A stretch of 63,888 nt of DNA, filler included, from Syncephalis fuscata S228 (taxonomy: Eukaryota; Fungi; Zoopagomycota), in assembly GCA_025786725.1 (NCBI GenBank). It is 3 parts of 3 records of this genome, joined end to end, with 100 filler letters (N's around TTAATTAATTAA, not from the genome) between each part and the next. Parts side by side here need not be neighbours in the genome. Positions count along the whole stretch, not along the records: positions 45,008 to 63,888 come from JAHLTZ010000179.1; 2 more parts are not named here. One strand, given 5' to 3'. This document shows positions 63,186 through 63,888 of the stretch, piece by piece. Within the stretch, counting starts at the first letter, position 1, and every line of letters begins with the position of its first letter. A model generated the notes under the pieces. The model saw only the letters and a program-made list of their open reading frames with translations, did not search any database and was not told the origin of the DNA. Position numbers and translations under genes: made by a program.

Positions 63186-63888
63186 TTTGTTAATAAAATA
63201 CAGGTAAAAATAAAGAAACTCAAATATATACGATGTAATTGGACAACTATATATAACACAACAAAATAATTGTATCGATAAATTATTACATAGGCAAATA
63301 AAATGGTAAATGGCTACATTACGCAGCTATATATACAATTGAGCTGTACGACATAATAAAACAGTAGTACTATATAAATAAATAGTTATGTATAGTGCAT
63401 GGGCAAATGTATCGTATATAACTAAGCAAGTATAAATAAATACGTAAATAACTAAACGATTAGCTATACAATACGGTTGGATATATTAGAATATTGCTAC
63501 TACAAATAAAATAGTGACAATAGAAGCTGCTTTATACATAAATAAAAATAGTATCTGTTAATTAAAAAGTAGTGCGTATCAAAATAAGTTATATAGTAAG
63601 GTTTATCTGCTCTTGTATAGCAACAGTTGCCTTTGAAGCATGATAGACAATTTATTATTTGCTACTGTATACGGCTGCAACACTTTAAGAGCAGAGAAAA
63701 AGATGGTGTAGGTGTGGAAGCTATATGAATGATTAGTCAGCTGCACTTGTAACGCGTACTTAGGTAGCACCGTAGTAGCAGACAGCTACTCTTATGTTTT
63801 CAGTAGCAATTGAAAAACCAAGAGTACAGCTATTGTGTTAAGTGATGAAATAATAAAAAAAGACGATATTATTATAGCCTTGATACCA

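Overview
Eukaryotic, AT-rich, intron-dense DNA (introns mostly 45-75 nt, GT-AG) from an early-diverging fungus; a Zoopagomycota, Syncephalis-like source is my inference from gene content and intron style. The window is three pieces separated by artificial 100-bp spacers (44 N + TTAATTAATTAA + 44 N at 26171-26270 and 44908-45007), so adjacency across spacers is not evidence. Piece 1 (1-26170) is gene-dense: P-type ATPase tail, UBA3, MCTS1/TMA20, GSH1, an animal-type selenocysteine-lyase-like gene, GCP5, an F-box-like gene, a secreted PI-PLC-like gene, CAP/SRV2, RPS12, a mitochondrial FAD/folate carrier and PARN. Piece 2 (26271-44907) holds a complete 300-bp tRNA-derived SINE with a 23-bp target-site duplication, three lineage-specific 7TM receptor-like paralogues, MTAP, a decayed Fanzor (TnpB-like) nuclease tail with a candidate transposon end, an MFS transporter, a USP gene and TRIP4/RQT4. 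Piece 3 (45008-63888) is mostly decayed repeat DNA, with a 6.3-kb palindrome centred on a foldback-like minisatellite element and one Ser/Thr kinase gene whose catalytic Asp-x-Lys lies on an 8-nt microexon. A long-TIR non-coding repeat family occurs in all three pieces. Most worth following up, none of it visible in the ORF track: the Fanzor relic, the SINE, and a hairpin-dense 510-nt leader intron of RPS12 with alternative donors and kink-turn candidates. All alignments, translations and folds were done by eye.
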